Positions 13,616-16,613 of a stretch of DNA of 16,613 bases are shown here, in pieces. The DNA comes from Elusimicrobiota bacterium (lineage in GTDB: Bacteria; Elusimicrobiota; Elusimicrobia; UBA1565). The stretch covers positions 1-16,613 of the forward strand of contig JBDREN010000048.1 of the NCBI GenBank assembly GCA_043819795.1, given 5' to 3'. Both the position numbers and the translations under genes were made by a program. Below the pieces are notes generated by a model, which saw only the letters and a list, made by a program, of their open reading frames with translations, did no database searches and had not been told where the DNA came from. Every line of letters begins with the position of its first letter. Within the stretch, counting starts at the first letter, position 1.

Positions 13616-16129
13616 TTAGAAAGCGGCGACCGTGACCGGAAGGACCTCGTAGGACGGCTCCCCGGTACCCAACTGTCCCATCTGGTTGTCTCCCCAGGCC
13701 CAGACGGCCCCGTCGTCCTTCAAGGCGAGCGAGTGCCGGGCCCCGCCGGCGACGGCGACGACGTCGGTCAAATCCCGCACCTGGACCGGCGCGTACCTGT
13801 GGGTAATGGTCCCGTCTCCCAGCTGGCCCAGGTGATTGTACGACCAGGTCCAGACGGTGCCGTCGGATCTGATCGCCATGGCGTGCAGCCTGCCCCGGCC
13901 GAGCGCGGTGATATCGGTCAGGTTGAGGACCTGCACCGGGCTCCATCTCTGGATGTCCGTCCCGTCGCCCGTGCGGCCGTGCTGCCCCCACGACCAGACC
14001 GTGCCGTCGGACTTCCGGGCGAAGCCGTAGTCCCAGCCGCCGGAGATCTCCTCCACATTATTCAGGCCGTCCACCGGGACCGGTCTGGCCTGGTCCCCAA
14101 GGTACCCGATCCCCAATTGGCCGTAGTCGCAGTTTCCCCAGCCCCACAGGCTACCGTCGCTCTGCTGGCCGAAGTTGTGATAATACCCGATCCCGATCAT
14201 CGCGATATCGCCGAGGTAGCCGCTTCCGCCCGGCGCCAGGACCTGGACCGGCGTATGCCTGTCGGTCCGGGTGCCGTCCCCCAGCGTGGCGTAGCGATTA
14301 TATCCCCAGTTCCAGACGGCCCCGTCGGATTTGAGCGCGACCGAATGATAATCCCCGCCGCCCATCGCGACGACGCCGCTTAAACCGGGCAGTTGGACCG
14401 GGGAATGTCGATTGGTGGTGGTCCCGTCGCCCACTTGCCCCCGGGTGTTCTGTCCCCAAGCCCATACGGAGCCGTCGGCCTTCGCCGCGAAAGCATGATT
14501 GGTGCCGGTGGCTAGGATGGCCGGATGGGACAGCCACGACAGCTGGACCGGCGTGAACCGGTTCTCGTTCGTGCCGTCGCCCAATTGCCCCTGGGTGTTC
14601 TGCCCCCAGCCCCAGACGGAGCCGTCGGTCTTGATGGCGAGCGAGAAATGATCTCCGCTGCGGATGGCGGCGACATCGTCGAGGCCGGGGATCCGGACGG
14701 GGAGGACCTTGGCCCCGCTCTGGCCGTTGCCCAGCTGGCCCCAGAGGTTGTTTCCCCATGCGAGGATGCCGCCGTCCTCTCCGATGGCGAGCGTATGGTA
14801 GCTGCCGGCGGCGAGCGCCGCGGCGTTGTCCACGCCGGGCACGGGGACCGGGACGCGGCGCCTCTTGGTCGTGCCGTCGCCCAGCTGCCCGTAGTTGCTC
14901 CTTCCCCATGTCCAGACGCCGCCGGCGCCGTCCAGGGCCGCGGAATGGACCGTCCCCGCGGCGATGGCGGCGACGCCCGGGAGGCCGTGCGGCTGGATGG
15001 GAGTGTTCCTGTCATCGGACGAGCCGTCGCCCAGAGCGCCCTGTGCGTTTTCGCCCCACGCCCATACGGTGCCGTCCGCTCTTAGGGCCAGGGAATGCTG
15101 GTCTCCGCAGGCGATGGAGACGATATCGGTCAGACCCGCGACCTGGACCGGAACATATCTGTCGGTGAAGGTCCCGTCGCCCAATTGTCCGCTTCTGTTC
15201 AAGCCCCACGCCCATACGGTGCCGTCCGCCTTGAGGGCCAGGGAGTGCGATTGCCCGGCCGCCACGGCCACGGCGTTGTCCAGACCGGCCACTTGGACCG
15301 GGACGTCGCTGCCGGCCGTCGAGCCGTCGCCGAGCTGCCCCCGCTGGTTGTCTCCCCAGGCCCAGACCGAGCCGTCGGCGGCCGTGGCGAGGGAGTGCAG
15401 GCGCCCCGCGGCGACTCCGACGGCATTGGAGAGGTTGGCCACACGCACCGGCACGTAGCTGGCGTCATCGGACCTGTCGCCCAATTGGCCCTGGTAGTTG
15501 TATCCCCACGCCCAGGCCGTGCCGTCGGCCTCGACGGCGAGGGAATGGTTGCGCCCGGCCGAGAACGCGGTGACCTCCGACAAGCCGCTGACCTGCACCG
15601 GCGTGACCGAAAAATCAATAGAGTCCGCTCCCAGCTGCCCCTCGCGCCCGTATCCCCAGGCCCACAGCGTGCCGTCGGACTTAAGCGCGAGGGTGAACTG
15701 CTCTCCGCCGGAGAGCGCGGTGACCTCGTTGGTGAGTATCCCGATAAGCGCGCTGGCGTCCTCCTGAGCCACCTTCTTCCCGGCCTGCGCGTTCAGGGCG
15801 CTCACAAAAGCTCCCAGGATGTCCGCCCCGGCCTTGGCCATATTCCCGCCGTGCTTGGCGTCGCCGGATTGGTAATCCGCCTCGGCGGTCTCCAGCTTCT
15901 CCCGGGCGGCCCGCAGCTTCGCGTCCAGGCTCCCGGCGGTCCCCTTGGGAATGTCCATGGAGCCCAGGGCGTCGATGAGGCGGTCCACTCTCTGGCGCAG
16001 CCGGACGACCCCCTGTTGATCCTGCGGCGGATCGACGGACTCGGTCGCGCCCATGCCGAGCACGGTCAATAAAAGTCCGGCGGACAGCCCAAGAACGATC
16101 AGGGACTTCCCCGTCTTCATCTTCTTCAT
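13616..16129 (-). CDS. Secreted RCC1-repeat protein (14 repeats, two 7-bladed propellers) with N-terminal helical FIMAH-like domain
   Basis: Signal peptide, helical SLDAKLRAAREKL...AFVSALNAQAGKKV segment, then 14 HSLAxxxDGxVWxWGxNxxGQLGDG..PVQV repeats. GGAGG SD site. Confidence 0.93.
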   Translation of the reverse strand: MKKMKTGKSLIVLGLSAGLLLTVLGMGATESVDPPQDQQGVVRLRQRVDRLIDALGSMDIPKGTAGSLDAKLRAAREKLETAEADYQSGDAKHGGNMAKAGADILGAFVSALNAQAGKKVAQEDASALIGILTNEVTALSGGEQFTLALKSDGTLWAWGYGREGQLGADSIDFSVTPVQVSGLSEVTAFSAGRNHSLAVEADGTAWAWGYNYQGQLGDRSDDASYVPVRVANLSNAVGVAAGRLHSLATAADGSVWAWGDNQRGQLGDGSTAGSDVPVQVAGLDNAVAVAAGQSHSLALKADGTVWAWGLNRSGQLGDGTFTDRYVPVQVAGLTDIVSIACGDQHSLALRADGTVWAWGENAQGALGDGSSDDRNTPIQPHGLPGVAAIAAGTVHSAALDGAGGVWTWGRSNYGQLGDGTTKRRRVPVPVPGVDNAAALAAGSYHTLAIGEDGGILAWGNNLWGQLGNGQSGAKVLPVRIPGLDDVAAIRSGDHFSLAIKTDGSVWGWGQNTQGQLGDGTNENRFTPVQLSWLSHPAILATGTNHAFAAKADGSVWAWGQNTRGQVGDGTTTNRHSPVQLPGLSGVVAMGGGDYHSVALKSDGAVWNWGYNRYATLGDGTRTDRHTPVQVLAPGGSGYLGDIAMIGIGYYHNFGQQSDGSLWGWGNCDYGQLGIGYLGDQARPVPVDGLNNVEEISGGWDYGFARKSDGTVWSWGQHGRTGDGTDIQRWSPVQVLNLTDITALGRGRLHAMAIRSDGTVWTWSYNHLGQLGDGTITHRYAPVQVRDLTDVVAVAGGARHSLALKDDGAVWAWGDNQMGQLGTGEPSYEVLPVTVAAF

Positions 16130-16185
16130 CGTCGCCTCCGGTGACCGGCGGGTGGATCTCTTAAAGCTTTTGACCCTCTTGAGTT

Positions 16186-16214
16186 TATATAGCCGTAAAT
16201 CCAGCCCCTGGCAA
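16186..16214 (-). promoter_or_regulatory. Possible sigma70 promoter for the RCC1 gene (TTGCCA-17-TATATA)
   Basis: Minus-strand TTGCCA, 17-nt spacer, imperfect -10, about 57 nt upstream of the ATG. Confidence 0.3.
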
Positions 16215-16220
16215 GGCCGG

Positions 16221-16241
16221 CGGCGTCATGCATTGAGTTCT
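16221..16241 (+). repeat. Truncated family B repeat (head plus one unit)
   Basis: CGGCGTCATGCATTGAGTTCT, 20/21 identical to 9949-9969. Confidence 0.8.
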
Positions 16242-16253
16242 GTCTCGGAGTCT

Positions 16254-16345
16254 CGGTGTCAGGCTATGACTTTTGTGACTTATCTCAGGATTGCGGCGGC
16301 GAGGCGTGGTCAAAAGTCAAACAAGTCACAAAAGTCATAGCCTGA
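16254..16345. repeat. Inverted doublet of family C repeats (REPIN-like)
   Basis: Perfect 23-bp IR: TCAGGCTATGACTTTTGTGACTT (16259-16281) and AAGTCACAAAAGTCATAGCCTGA (16323-16345). Confidence 0.9.
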
Positions 16346-16613
16346 TAATCATATAGAGATCCCCTCCCACAGGTTGTATTGTTTCGTTGCAAGACGAACA
16401 TTCCAACCCAAGGAGGGGACTGATGAAATTATACGTAGGAATCGACCTGCATTCCAACAACAGCGTGCTGGTAATCTTGGATGAACATGATCGCATCGTA
16501 TACGAGCGGCGTCTACGAAATGAACTGCCGCTTATTTTGACGGAGCTGGCGCCGTACCGAGAGAAGGTCGAGGCGATAGCCGTGGAGTCAACGTACAATT
16601 GGTACTGGCTCGT
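16346..16613 (+). mobile_element. IS110-family insertion sequence, left end (runs off the window)
   Basis: Similarity to repeat C stops abruptly at CCTG(A), the sequence becomes AT-richer, and a transposase starts about 77 nt later. The exact end is uncertain by 1-2 nt. Confidence 0.85.
16423..16613 (+). CDS. IS110-family transposase, N-terminal DEDD RuvC-like domain (partial; absent from the ORF track)
   Basis: MKLYVGIDLHSNNSVLVILDEHDRIVYERRLRNELPLILTELAPYREKVEAIAVESTYNWYWL contains the GIDLH and AVEST motifs. AAGGAGGGG SD site. Confidence 0.93.
   Translation, partial: MKLYVGIDLHSNNSVLVILDEHDRIVYERRLRNELPLILTELAPYREKVEAIAVESTYNWYWL

Noticed and set aside
13616..16129. DGR-like template/variable repeats within the RCC1 or LamG genes
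   Set aside because: The repeats are in-frame protein repeats without adenine-specific differences, and there is no reverse transcriptase in the window.

Overview
GC-rich bacterial window. The Ala/Pro-rich N-terminal extension on the transporter is reminiscent of Elusimicrobiota, but that is only an impression. Protein-coding content, in order: a secreted LamG/thrombospondin-type-3-repeat protein that appears cut off at its C-terminus, an atypical Zn-ribbon SDR, a B12-binding radical SAM enzyme, a degenerate GHKL-like hypothetical, a translationally coupled SPFH pair, a small 4-TM protein, two ORF6N-domain genes (one truncated), a DAACS symporter with altered catalytic motifs, a secreted 14-repeat RCC1 protein, and the left end of an IS110-family element. 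The most striking signal is non-coding. About 11 copies or fragments of three repeat families (A, B, C) sit at gene boundaries. They share one grammar: a CGG(C/T)G(T/A)CAGG head, 2 nt, then 9-nt-period T(G/A)A(C/G)TT units. One copy forms the 3' end of an HTH-bearing transposase-like remnant, direct pairs bracket whole genes, one supplies a gene's C-terminal codons, and one is the IS110 target. A second family of near-perfect palindromes lies inside and around the ORF6N genes, and a 136-bp collapsed miniature of the ORF6N module sits about 7.5 kb upstream. Five genes look leaderless (TANNNT 6-7 nt before the start codon), whereas most repeat-associated accessory genes carry Shine-Dalgarno sites.
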